Position numbers and translations under genes: made by a program
The notes under the pieces: generated by a model
What the model was told of the DNA's origin: nothing
What the model saw: the letters and a program-made list of their open reading frames with translations, nothing else
Databases searched by the model: none
Source of the DNA: Escherichia phage vB_EcoM_G2133
Reading direction: 5' to 3' (one strand)
Length of the DNA: 64,000 bases
Sequence record: MK327928.1
Shown here: piece after piece, positions 31,846 to 42,797 of the stretch
Numbering within the stretch: the first letter of the stretch is position 1
Layout: every line of letters starts with the position of its first letter

Positions 31846-32111
31846 TGTTCATCCTTTAGAGTTTGGTTTACAGCTCTATTATAAATCAATTCATCATTAA
31901 GCTCAGTCAAAGACCTGTGGTACGTTGTTCTAACTTTATTTCCTTGCATCCAGTGCTTGACGTAAATGAAACCTTGCTCTACACATTTTTTAAAAATTCG
32001 TTCGTCTTTTTGAGCTCGGAATTCTGGATTGCATCTAAAAAATTGATTTACGTGACCGTAATCACGTGTAGTATTACCTTCATTTTCATAAATAGTGTGA
32101 ACGACAAACAT
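31842..32111 (-). CDS. hypothetical protein (position 30.1)
   Basis: 89 aa; first of nine ORFs between 30 and rIII, matching T4 30.1-30.9 count. Confidence 0.6.
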   Translation of the reverse strand: MFVVHTIYENEGNTTRDYGHVNQFFRCNPEFRAQKDERIFKKCVEQGFIYVKHWMQGNKVRTTYHRSLTELNDELIYNRAVNQTLKDEQ

Positions 32112-32965
32112 TAGAATGCTCCTTGGAAAATATTATCACCACTACCACTAGTAAGTCTATTAAAATACCCTGCATCGCCAGGCTTAATATAACTCCACGT
32201 ATGGAATGGATGCATCTGGTGTGAGTGCGTATAATATGGATGATATGGATTATAAGGATTAAATCCAGGAGTTCTCCAGGTAGTGTTCCAAGGAAAAGAA
32301 TCGTTTTTGATCATCTTCTCGATTGCATCTTTTATAGCTTTTTCACTATCAAAACTTTCTTTATTTTCCTTCGGTGAAAAAAGCTTATTCTCTACATCAT
32401 TCCATGTATAAACTCGCTGAGCAGTTTTTGGAATACTGTCACGCTCCCCTCGAGCCATCCAATAAACAGGAACACTTAATATTTCACTCGCATGATCGCA
32501 GTGGTGAGCGAGATCGTCGATATAACAAATTACGTTATATTTCTCTTTTGCCTTTTTGAACAACTCTTCTTTTGAAGAATCATGACCACACATCAATACT
32601 TCTGAGAAGGCACCAGGAAAAAGAGCATTCAAATTAAATTGACGATTCAACAAAGCATCAATAGAATCACCCAATGCTGTAACAGCTACAAAATTATAAT
32701 CTTCTTTTAATTTGTTAATTACACACAGGGCATCTTTATATGGAGACAAATAGCGAATAAAATCTGAACGATTATACTTTTCGATTAATTTAACACCGAG
32801 TTCTTCATCGCAATTAAAGAGCTTACCAGGAGAAATAAATTTTTCGTCCTGAATCATTTTTAAAATATGTTCTAATGGAAGATTATATTTTTGGGCAAAA
32901 TAAGGAAGACCTGATTGCCAGCTTAAACATACTCCATCAATATCAGTTAAAATAGTAGGCTTCAT
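32111..32965 (-). CDS. HAD-superfamily phosphatase/nucleotidase-like protein with aromatic-His-rich C-terminal tail (position 30.2)
   Basis: 284 aa; motif I LTDIDGV, motif IV YIDDL; C-terminus NPYNPYHPYYTHSHQMHPFHTW. Confidence 0.6.
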   Translation of the reverse strand: MKPTILTDIDGVCLSWQSGLPYFAQKYNLPLEHILKMIQDEKFISPGKLFNCDEELGVKLIEKYNRSDFIRYLSPYKDALCVINKLKEDYNFVAVTALGDSIDALLNRQFNLNALFPGAFSEVLMCGHDSSKEELFKKAKEKYNVICYIDDLAHHCDHASEILSVPVYWMARGERDSIPKTAQRVYTWNDVENKLFSPKENKESFDSEKAIKDAIEKMIKNDSFPWNTTWRTPGFNPYNPYHPYYTHSHQMHPFHTWSYIKPGDAGYFNRLTSGSGDNIFQGAF

Positions 32966-33420
32966 AGAGAGTCTCTTAATAGGTTTAACACATCAATAAA
33001 TTCAGCTTCGGTTAGTATTGTATCATCTTTTGTTAGACCACTAGCCATGCTGTGCTTCAAAACTTTTCCTTTCGAGGCTTGTAATGCATCGCGAAAGCCC
33101 CTATTTTGGATCGCTGCTTCAAAATATGCATTTGTGTATAATTCTTTCCACGCTGGGGAGTATCTTGAAAATGGAACTCCAAGCCAGAAGAGGGTCCCAC
33201 GGTCCTGAGCTCTAGCATAAGACCTTCCAGCTTGTTGGGCGGCAAGCCCAGATAACCCAAATATACGACGTTGTTGTTCAACGTTTTTCACCTTGCATCC
33301 TTGGAGGAATCCTTCAAGACCTCCAAATTGAATACCATCCATAACGAAAGGCCAATGGGCGAAATTACTTAATGCGCATGATGGCCACCTAAAATTGCTT
33401 CTAATCTCTAACTCAGACAT
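32962..33420 (-). CDS. NADAR/YbiA-like domain protein (position 30.3)
   Basis: track start 33426 is TTG; ATG at 33420 gives 152 aa; LSNFAHWPFVMDGIQFGGLEGFLQGCK and AAQQAGRSYARAQDRGTLFW resemble YbiA motifs by eye. Confidence 0.6.
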   Translation of the reverse strand: MSELEIRSNFRWPSCALSNFAHWPFVMDGIQFGGLEGFLQGCKVKNVEQQRRIFGLSGLAAQQAGRSYARAQDRGTLFWLGVPFSRYSPAWKELYTNAYFEAAIQNRGFRDALQASKGKVLKHSMASGLTKDDTILTEAEFIDVLNLLRDSL

Positions 33421-33619
33421 TTTCAATGCTTATAATTTCAACATCAGCCCAATGACCATAGCAAGGAAGACGAAATTCAACTGGCCAGTTAGGGTCCTTT
33501 TCTAATATAATAGACTCAACTTGTGGTTCTTCGTGTTCATCAGTATACGGATTTTTATCTGTTACTTTATATGTGACCTTAATGTACTGAATTCCAAAAA
33601 TCTTATTAATTATATTCAT
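33413..33619 (-). CDS. hypothetical protein (position 30.4)
   Basis: 68 aa, ATG start, stop overlaps next gene start. Confidence 0.55.
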   Translation of the reverse strand: MNIINKIFGIQYIKVTYKVTDKNPYTDEHEEPQVESIILEKDPNWPVEFRLPCYGHWADVEIISIENV

Positions 33620-33813
33620 ACTAATTCCTTTAATCCGTAGATAGGAGATAATTCATCGCCCATATGAAGGTCTTCATTTCCATCTACCCAAGAAACAATA
33701 TAAGCCTCTTTTACTTGAACGTCTCCCAATTTAAATGCGGGTAAAACCTTAGAAATTAATCCAGGTATACCAACTCCCTTTAATTCAACAGTTTGGCCTA
33801 AAAAGAATTTCAT
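33616..33813 (-). CDS. hypothetical protein (position 30.5)
   Basis: 65 aa, ATGA overlap with upstream gene. Confidence 0.55.
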   Translation of the reverse strand: MKFFLGQTVELKGVGIPGLISKVLPAFKLGDVQVKEAYIVSWVDGNEDLHMGDELSPIYGLKELV

Positions 33814-34100
33814 TAGAACCTCATCTGAAAACCATGTGATTTAACATTACCGCCATTAATATCAGAACTATTAATTTCACGTGCAATTGAGGGGTCAATG
33901 TCAATTTCGCCATTAAGTTTAATGATAGACAAAGTATCACGCCCATTTACTGTGCGGAACTCTAAAGGACAAACCACATCAACGTAGTTTTTAATCGATT
34001 CACTGGTAGGCTGCAAATGAGCAGGAAGGTCTTTAGGCGCCTTTGAGAAAACTACTTCACAGAAGTTTTTACGAATATCAAAATAAGTGGTCATAAACAT
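33813..34100 (-). CDS. hypothetical protein (position 30.6)
   Basis: track ORF to 34151 starts at TTG and runs through a hairpin; ATG 34100 (MFMTTY...) preceded by GAGG. Confidence 0.55.
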   Translation of the reverse strand: MFMTTYFDIRKNFCEVVFSKAPKDLPAHLQPTSESIKNYVDVVCPLEFRTVNGRDTLSIIKLNGEIDIDPSIAREINSSDINGGNVKSHGFQMRF

Positions 34101-34117
34101 AGTATTTTCCTCAATAA

Positions 34118-34131
34118 GGGGCCGAAGCCCC
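34118..34131 (-). promoter_or_regulatory. stem-loop GGGGCUUCGGCCCC (transcript sense) between positions 30.7 and 30.6
   Basis: exact 14-mer; followed by TTATTGAGG and ATG 34100. Confidence 0.55.
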
Positions 34132-34140
34132 TGTTTTATT

Positions 34141-34506
34141 TTAAATATCAAATTCGTTAAGAACTACATCAAAGATTGCTTCAAGATGCTCAGGTTTAGC
34201 TCTGTTACTCAAAATATGACGAATCCAAGTTTTAACCAGAAGCTTACGATTGACGCCATTCCAGCAAGGATGAGTCCCTAAATCACGTTGACGAAAATCA
34301 TCATCCAGAGCGATTTTAAAGTTGGAACCTTCCATTGTGATTGAAACCGTGATGCCATTTTCAAATCGCATATAAACGTAATTAGGAGTCATATACTGTT
34401 CAATTTCGCATACTGATCCATTTTGATGTTTCCAAAGGCAAATAGTATCAATAGAACCTGCAATACCATTAGAAACATATTTACGTTCAAAGTTGATGTA
34501 GTTCAT
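34141..34506 (-). CDS. hypothetical protein (position 30.7)
   Basis: 121 aa, ATG start. Confidence 0.6.
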   Translation of the reverse strand: MNYINFERKYVSNGIAGSIDTICLWKHQNGSVCEIEQYMTPNYVYMRFENGITVSITMEGSNFKIALDDDFRQRDLGTHPCWNGVNRKLLVKTWIRHILSNRAKPEHLEAIFDVVLNEFDI

Positions 34507-34543
34507 TTTTGTTCTCCGAGATGTTTAATTGCGGTACAGGTAT

Positions 34544-34572
34544 ATAATATCATATCCTGTACCAAAGTAAAC
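34544..34572 (-). promoter_or_regulatory. T4 early-type promoter (-35 GTTTAC, 17 nt, -10 TATTAT)
   Basis: consensus hexamers about 40 nt upstream of ATG 34506; overlaps a GTACAGG/CCTGTAC inverted repeat. Confidence 0.45.
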
Positions 34573-34574
34573 AA

Positions 34575-34907
34575 TTATTTTACTACTTTCCAATGCTGCA
34601 TGTCAAGTTTACCAACTTTTTTCATCTTCTCAATTAAGCGTTCGGCACGTTGGCGAGCTGTAACATAATGCCATTCGCCTAATTCATTTTGTTCAATTTT
34701 TCCAACGATTACTGTATTCAATTCATAAATCCAACCAGTAAAGAAATTATGAACTTGAATTGTAAAGGTGAAATCTGTTCCCATACCTTCTGTTGTTTCT
34801 ACTTCAATAATATCACCTTCAACTGCCATTAAGAACCACATAGTTTCATCATATTTACCATTGAAGCATTTAGTTTTAACTGCAGCGTTCAGATTAATCG
34901 TTTTCAT
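34575..34907 (-). CDS. hypothetical protein (position 30.8)
   Basis: 110 aa, ATG start. Confidence 0.6.
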   Translation of the reverse strand: MKTINLNAAVKTKCFNGKYDETMWFLMAVEGDIIEVETTEGMGTDFTFTIQVHNFFTGWIYELNTVIVGKIEQNELGEWHYVTARQRAERLIEKMKKVGKLDMQHWKVVK

Positions 34908-34984
34908 TTTATTCTCCTTTGTTTGTGTAAGATAATACTATCACAAAGGAACCATACTGTAAACAACTTTGTGCAATCTTTGGA

Positions 34985-35012
34985 AAATAAAAAAGGACTC
35001 CCGAAGGAGTCC
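34985..35012 (-). terminator. rho-independent terminator after position 30.9
   Basis: GGACTCC-cgaa-GGAGTCC 7-bp stem followed by T-run on minus strand. Confidence 0.7.
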
Positions 35013-35017
35013 TCAAC

Positions 35018-35236
35018 TTATGCTTTCTGCTTACCAAAACGAGAAGCATCATCTCGAAGAACCGCACGTGCTCGGCGCATGATCTTCTCAACAGTTTGAT
35101 TGATACGAGAGTTCGACCCACGCTTGTAGCCAGCGCGTTTAGAATCACCAACTTTCTTTTCAACTGCTTTCTTTGCTTTAGCTTGTTTTGCCATTATAAA
35201 TTCTCTTTTAAATGAAAATGCAGGACTTATTGGCAT
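35018..35236 (-). CDS. hypothetical small basic protein (position 30.9)
   Basis: 72 aa Lys/Arg-rich; alternative start Met15 at 35194. Confidence 0.5.
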   Translation of the reverse strand: MPISPAFSFKREFIMAKQAKAKKAVEKKVGDSKRAGYKRGSNSRINQTVEKIMRRARAVLRDDASRFGKQKA

Positions 35237-35313
35237 TGCCTGCGCAAGCCCTCAAGGGGTACTTAGGTTTTGAATATTTACCGACAGGATAACCATAAAC
35301 CTCGTCAACATAA

Positions 35314-35562
35314 TTACTTCAATGTTACCACAAAGTGACGAACTGCTTTTCGTGCAGCAGAAGCCAGAGGCTTAGCATATTTAAGTTCATCTTTTTCCTG
35401 AAGCTCAGCAGCTAATGCAGTTTGAGCAGGATTTAGATGTTTGAAATAACGCAGGATTTCAAGAGCTTCGGCTTCAACATCAATAGATGCGCCATAGTTT
35501 TCGTGACCATTATTCCATGCGTTTCGTTGCAGTTCAAGAGCGTGTTGTAATTGTTTAATCAT
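35314..35562 (-). CDS. rIII: rIII lysis inhibition accessory protein
   Basis: 82 aa as in T4 rIII; position between 30.x block and gene 31. Confidence 0.75.
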   Translation of the reverse strand: MIKQLQHALELQRNAWNNGHENYGASIDVEAEALEILRYFKHLNPAQTALAAELQEKDELKYAKPLASAARKAVRHFVVTLK

Positions 35563-35701
35563 TTAAAAATTCTCGTTAGAGATTAAAACTCGGTAGTCAC
35601 GTTCTTCTGAATTTCATCTTCTTTCGACAGATCTCTCAGTTGTAGACTACCACATAGAATTGTTCGGTTAACTTATTATTCCGACACCCAATTCATATTA
35701 T

Positions 35702-35709
35702 TATTTATA
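35702..35709 (-). promoter_or_regulatory. late promoter box TATAAATA downstream of gene 31
   Basis: reverse complement of TATTTATA abutting gene 31 stop; could serve rIII. Confidence 0.4.
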
Positions 35710-36045
35710 TCACTTATAAAGACACGGAATAGCTTTATAGTGACAAGTAACGAATTTTTGTTTAATTTCTTTTGGCTGCTTAAGACCCAGAGCTACAAAA
35801 GGATGCGGAACATTTCGAATTTGACCAACTGGAAGAGAAGTCAAATCGCCAACTTCGCAGAAACCTTCAGGAACATCAGGACCGACAGAGTGAACTACAC
35901 ACAGTTCAGGAACTTCACCTTGGACACGTTTACCAATAATAAGTCCTGATTCTGTAACTTCTTCATCACCGGCTTGTGCAGGTTCAGAAACTAAAATAAC
36001 ATATTCACCGACAGCACGAATTGGTAGCTGTTGTACTTCAGACAT
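35710..36045 (-). CDS. 31: co-chaperonin for GroEL (GroES-like)
   Basis: 111 aa as in T4 gp31; [30 protein letters not shown]. Confidence 0.93.
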
Positions 36046-36101
36046 CGTTTTTCCTTTTTGTTAACAGATGAATTAATAATAACAAATAATTCTTAAAGCA
36101 T

Positions 36102-36410
36102 TTATTTACCAATAAATTGAAGCAAATGCTCAACTTTCATACCATTAACAGAAATCAATTTGTCAATAGAAAAACCTCGCCATGCGCCAAGTTCAACATC
36201 AAATACTGGAATCATGTCAGTAGATTCTTTCCGAGTAGATTCAGTCAATTTACCAGTTTGCATGGTTGGCATAAAGTCTGCATCACGCGTACCTTTCATA
36301 GTACGAATAGTACCATCAGACTTTTCAAAAACTACGTTTGAAACACCCATAAACAGTTTAGTTTTCAAAATTTCACGAATTGCTACTTTCTGCTCAGTTG
36401 TCAGTTTCAT
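36102..36410 (-). CDS. hypothetical protein (position 31.1)
   Basis: 102 aa, ATG start. Confidence 0.6.
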   Translation of the reverse strand: MKLTTEQKVAIREILKTKLFMGVSNVVFEKSDGTIRTMKGTRDADFMPTMQTGKLTESTRKESTDMIPVFDVELGAWRGFSIDKLISVNGMKVEHLLQFIGK

Positions 36411-36650
36411 TTATTTACCTATCACAGTTTTAATATGAGTTGTTCCACGTTCTTTAAGGGTGGAAAGTAATTTTTGGCATTTTTCTAAATCAGATTTCCA
36501 ACTATATGGTCTATCAATACTAGTCCAATCAGTTTTATAATACTGTTTCCATTTAGAGAAAAAATATTTCTTATACTCTACAGCAAATGAGATGTTCTCG
36601 TTAGAATAAGAACTAATTGCTGTGAGCTTTACCAAACGAAATTTCATCAT
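36411..36650 (-). CDS. hypothetical protein (position 31.2)
   Basis: 79 aa, ATGA overlap with cd stop. Confidence 0.55.
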   Translation of the reverse strand: MMKFRLVKLTAISSYSNENISFAVEYKKYFFSKWKQYYKTDWTSIDRPYSWKSDLEKCQKLLSTLKERGTTHIKTVIGK

Positions 36651-37228
36651 TCACCACAGAATTCGTTGATATTTTCCCAGTTTAACTTATTCAAGTTTTT
36701 CTTAGGAACATTAAACACTTCAATACCTGCATTTCGCAAAATATCATCCCAACCAGGTTTATTTTTGTCGTATGTTTCGCAATAAACTAGTTTTTTAATT
36801 CCAGATTGAGCTATCGCTTTTGCGCAATCCGGACATGGAGAAAGTGTTACATACATAGTAGCACCTTCAATAGAAGAACCATTTCGTGCAGCAAACAAAA
36901 TTGCATTTAGTTCAGCATGAATTTCATTTTTAGATGACCATTCCGAGTGAGCACTACGATGTTCTTTTGCCAAGACAAAACGATCAGTTGAACCAAATGA
37001 TACGCATTCAGGCTTATGGCCTTGAATGATAGTATGTTTAGGCTTATTCAACAACCATCCTTGCTCAGCAGCATAATCACAACAGTTCACACCCCCTGCT
37101 GGTGAACCATTATACCCAGTAGAAATAATACGTCCATTCTTTTCAATTACTGCTCCTACCTTCCAGGAGCAACATTTTGATTCTTGTGATACTAAATATG
37201 CAATTTGAAGTACTGTACTCGCTTTCAT
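36647..37228 (-). CDS. cd: dCMP deaminase
   Basis: 193 aa as in T4 Cd; zinc-binding deaminase motifs HAELNA and PCPDC. Confidence 0.93.
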   Translation of the reverse strand: MKASTVLQIAYLVSQESKCCSWKVGAVIEKNGRIISTGYNGSPAGGVNCCDYAAEQGWLLNKPKHTIIQGHKPECVSFGSTDRFVLAKEHRSAHSEWSSKNEIHAELNAILFAARNGSSIEGATMYVTLSPCPDCAKAIAQSGIKKLVYCETYDKNKPGWDDILRNAGIEVFNVPKKNLNKLNWENINEFCGE

Positions 37229-37563
37229 TTCATAATCACCAGATAAGCAGATTTAGCAGTTTCAACACGATAAATTTCGTGACGAAGTTTAGTTATACTT
37301 TTAATAACAGAACTAATTATATTCTGCCCATCTTTAAAGCGGTTTTTCTTGTCAATAAAAATTGCACCAACCATCTTTTTGTGAAGCTCAACTGGATACT
37401 TCGTCACAATAATAGCATCATATACAGAAGGATGAATACTATTTACTAGAGTGTCATTCATTAAAGTTATTCTAATGAACTGTGCTGTTTCAGAGTCAAG
37501 CGCTCTATGATCGCCAGTATCATTTTCAAGACAATTATCAATTATATCAGTTAAATTCATCAT
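37225..37563 (-). CDS. hypothetical protein (position cd.1)
   Basis: 112 aa; overlapping stop/start. Confidence 0.55.
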   Translation of the reverse strand: MMNLTDIIDNCLENDTGDHRALDSETAQFIRITLMNDTLVNSIHPSVYDAIIVTKYPVELHKKMVGAIFIDKKNRFKDGQNIISSVIKSITKLRHEIYRVETAKSAYLVIMK

Positions 37564-37799
37564 AGTACGCCATACACCCTTTGTGCTTCAACTAATCCAT
37601 CAAAATCCAGTTTAAGATGCGATATTTGATCGCCATCGCCTGGATTCACAATTACTAATACTGAACGAGGAGTTTCGGTAATAACACGAACCGATGTTTC
37701 AGGAAATCGTTCAGAAACCTTATTTACCAATTCCTGAGCAAATAGTTTAACTTTTTCTTGGAATTCTTTAACAGTAATTGGTTTTTCACTTAGCAGCAT
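37560..37799 (-). CDS. hypothetical protein (position cd.2)
   Basis: track ORF to 37895 starts at TTG; ATG 37799 (MLLSEKPITVKEF...) with GAGG SD and its own early promoter. Confidence 0.55.
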   Translation of the reverse strand: MLLSEKPITVKEFQEKVKLFAQELVNKVSERFPETSVRVITETPRSVLVIVNPGDGDQISHLKLDFDGLVEAQRVYGVL

Positions 37800-37828
37800 T
37801 TTGTTTTCCTCATTTGTTTGGTAGAGCC

Positions 37829-37858
37829 ATAATATCACAACTCTACCGTAAAGTAAAC
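37829..37858 (-). promoter_or_regulatory. T4 early-type promoter (-35 GTTTAC, 18 nt, -10 TATTAT)
   Basis: between cd.3 stop and cd.2 ATG. Confidence 0.45.
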
Positions 37859-37860
37859 TA

Positions 37861-38136
37861 TTAAATCGCTTTGAATTCCGCAGTTTGAGATTCAAAGCGA
37901 ATGTCGCCTTTGATAACTAGCTCAGCATCAAGACCAAATACGACAATGATATGCGCGGAACCTGGATACAGCGTAATGGCAACAGAATCCACCTGGTCTG
38001 GAAGCAAAGTGTTTAATACATGAGTCACTTGAGCATGGATTCGAAGCTCAGCTGCGTTATCAAGTTTTTCAAACATATTATTAGCGATAATTTGGCTAAA
38101 CACTACTTCTACGATTTTAGAATAAGTCGGAAACAT
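37861..38136 (-). CDS. hypothetical protein (position cd.3)
   Basis: track start 38166 is TTG; ATG 38136 preceded by GAGG, directly after cd.4 stop. Confidence 0.55.
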   Translation of the reverse strand: MFPTYSKIVEVVFSQIIANNMFEKLDNAAELRIHAQVTHVLNTLLPDQVDSVAITLYPGSAHIIVVFGLDAELVIKGDIRFESQTAEFKAI

Positions 38137-38138
38137 AT

Positions 38139-38339
38139 TTACCTCACATAATTTTCTTCGAGCCAATCAATAACATCCAACGCATTATCAAAAGTTGAAC
38201 CATCTACTTTGTCTTCTGTTTCATAATCAAGAACATCTAAACCTACTCTTCCATCAACAATAGGCCATAAACAAAATAGATATTTCTTTTCTTTTTCAAT
38301 TTTATCACAAAGACGATAAATCTTTTCTATGTTATTCAT
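38139..38339 (-). CDS. hypothetical protein (position cd.4)
   Basis: 66 aa, ATG start. Confidence 0.55.
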   Translation of the reverse strand: MNNIEKIYRLCDKIEKEKKYLFCLWPIVDGRVGLDVLDYETEDKVDGSTFDNALDVIDWLEENYVR

Positions 38340-38528
38340 AAGTTTTCCATGGTAAAGGCAGTTTAGTTTTCTTTACTGTTAGTTCAATATCAGGATTCTT
38401 TTCTCTTAATTTAAGGCATTCCTCCCAAGCTCTGATTTCACTAGTGAATACACAAAATTGCCCATTACTAGTACCGACTAAACCACTATTTACAATAATA
38501 ATAGCCCAAGTTTCATGATGCCACGCCA

Positions 38529-38529
<1 letters not shown>
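38332..38529 (-). CDS. hypothetical protein (position cd.5)
   Basis: ATG at 38529 overlaps pseT stop (TAATG); longer alternative from ATG 38559. Confidence 0.5.
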
Positions 38530-39747
<1,218 letters not shown>

Positions 39748-39751
<4 letters not shown>

Positions 39752-39978
39752 TTATTTTTCTCAACCAATGATTGAATATAATCATGCAGGTCTTTAGATG
39801 CTTTACCCCACTTATTTTGATATTCATTTTTGAGATTAGCACGTGATTGAGCTAATAAAACATCATTAGTTGGAGGTAAAGATTCTAATCGCTGAATCTG
39901 GCGTCCATAAATCATTGCAGCCATCTCGGATTCATAAATCAATCCTTTGAGATGTTCAAATTGATGCCATGAAATCAT
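39748..39978 (-). CDS. hypothetical protein
   Basis: 76 aa, ATGA overlap. Confidence 0.55.
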
Positions 39979-40274
39979 TTACATTTATCCTCTTTTAACT
40001 TTTGACGATAATAACATATCATAGTTTTCTGGTCATGTACATATCGTTTTACATCATTAAGCCAAATACGAAATTCCTGGGAATCTTCAAATGGCATACC
40101 GACCCAAGCTTTACCATCAATAACTTTAACTTGCCAAGATAATTTAGCTTCGTCATATGACTTTATTTGTACAGGCCAATTAGGATGAATTGTTTCTTTC
40201 TTTACTTCTAGAGGCTTTGTCGAACAACCAACTAGAAGACCAATAGATAATATTACTGCTGATAGTTTAATCAT
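39975..40274 (-). CDS. pseT.2: outer-membrane spanin lipoprotein (o-spanin, Rz1-like)
   Basis: 99 aa; signal peptide with lipobox LLVGC at residues 13-17; start overlaps i-spanin stop. Confidence 0.7.
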   Translation of the reverse strand: MIKLSAVILSIGLLVGCSTKPLEVKKETIHPNWPVQIKSYDEAKLSWQVKVIDGKAWVGMPFEDSQEFRIWLNDVKRYVHDQKTMICYYRQKLKEDKCK

Positions 40275-40624
40275 TTAGAAAGGTCCTGGATGTCTTCTGC
40301 GAACTTGTTGAAGGAGTTGTTAATTTGTTTTTCAACCAATCCTGGCTTATGAGCCACCACATCCGCCTTCTTTGCATCTTTGCGCAGTTTTTCATTTTCA
40401 CGCTCAATAGCAGCAATTGCCTCACGATTTTTATTATTCATCGCATCAATATAATTATACTGAATTCGCAAATTATTTAATGCTAAGGCGTTTTCATTGG
40501 CCGTTTTTGTAATTTCAGTAACTGATGTTTCTAATCTTTCTACCTTATTTTTTAAAATAATAGATGTTCCGCCAAATGCTATTACAAGTAATAGCAATCC
40601 AGCTGTAAAATTACTTACATGCAT
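40271..40624 (-). CDS. pseT.3: inner-membrane spanin (i-spanin, Rz-like)
   Basis: 117 aa; N-terminal TM helix FTAGLLLLVIAFGGTSIIL then coiled-coil-like region; adjacent to lipoprotein partner. Confidence 0.7.
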   Translation of the reverse strand: MHVSNFTAGLLLLVIAFGGTSIILKNKVERLETSVTEITKTANENALALNNLRIQYNYIDAMNNKNREAIAAIERENEKLRKDAKKADVVAHKPGLVEKQINNSFNKFAEDIQDLSK

Positions 40625-41118
40625 AAAGTTTTAATAACCTCTATAATATCGTCTTGAGAAAGACCGTTAATTAAAATATGATGTTCAGCTGGAGATTTAG
40701 AAATTTTAAAGCATGCCTCAACATCTTCTGCCATATCCGATGCACTACGATTTGGATTACTAATTCCAAGACGATGCTTTCCAGTCAAAGGATTAACGAT
40801 GATATAGCATTTACAACTATTGATATGAACATTAGGTTGAGTCTGATTAATAAATACATCACAATCATATTTCGCAAGCTGATTTTCTAAAAAGACTTTC
40901 ATCTCTTCAACCGCATCAGGAAGCATATCACGGGCTTGCTCAAGACGACGATTTCGATATTCTTTAATGGTCGTTTTCCGCTTGACTTGCTTAGCTAAAT
41001 CTTTCTTAAGATCGGTGATATATCCAACTCGACGGTTTCCTTTAAATACAGAAATCCCATCTGTAGTATCACCGTATGCTTCAACGACCATTTCAGTAGT
41101 AATTAGCTGCAAATCCAT
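40615..41118 (-). CDS. alc: Alc host-transcription inhibitor
   Basis: 167 aa from second Met, MDLQLITTEMVVEAYGDTTDG; synteny between spanins and rnlA. Confidence 0.75.
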   Translation of the reverse strand: MDLQLITTEMVVEAYGDTTDGISVFKGNRRVGYITDLKKDLAKQVKRKTTIKEYRNRRLEQARDMLPDAVEEMKVFLENQLAKYDCDVFINQTQPNVHINSCKCYIIVNPLTGKHRLGISNPNRSASDMAEDVEACFKISKSPAEHHILINGLSQDDIIEVIKTLCM

Positions 41119-41149
41119 CATAAAGTCCTCATGTTATGTTAGTAAGACT

Positions 41150-41179
41150 ACTATAACACAACACGAGGGACTTGTAAAC
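41150..41179 (-). promoter_or_regulatory. T4 early-type promoter, copy 2 of 53-bp cassette 41127..41179
   Basis: 51 of 53 nt identical to 25938..25990 including -35 GTTTAC, -10 TATAGT and SD; drives alc. Confidence 0.5.
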
Positions 41180-41182
41180 AGC

Positions 41183-42770
<1,588 letters not shown>

Positions 42771-42778
42771 AATAAAAT

Positions 42779-42792
42779 GGGCCTTGCGGCCC
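42779..42792 (-). promoter_or_regulatory. stem-loop GGGCC-gcaa-GGCCC between nrdB and denA
   Basis: GC hairpin 6 nt after nrdB stop and about 8 nt before denA ATG. Confidence 0.4.
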
Positions 42793-42797
42793 ACTCC

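Noticed and set aside
34909-35163. 84-aa minus-strand ORF in another frame of the 30.9 position
   Set aside because: Would have to be translated across a strong terminator hairpin (34985..35012); the basic 30.9-position ORF is the better call.
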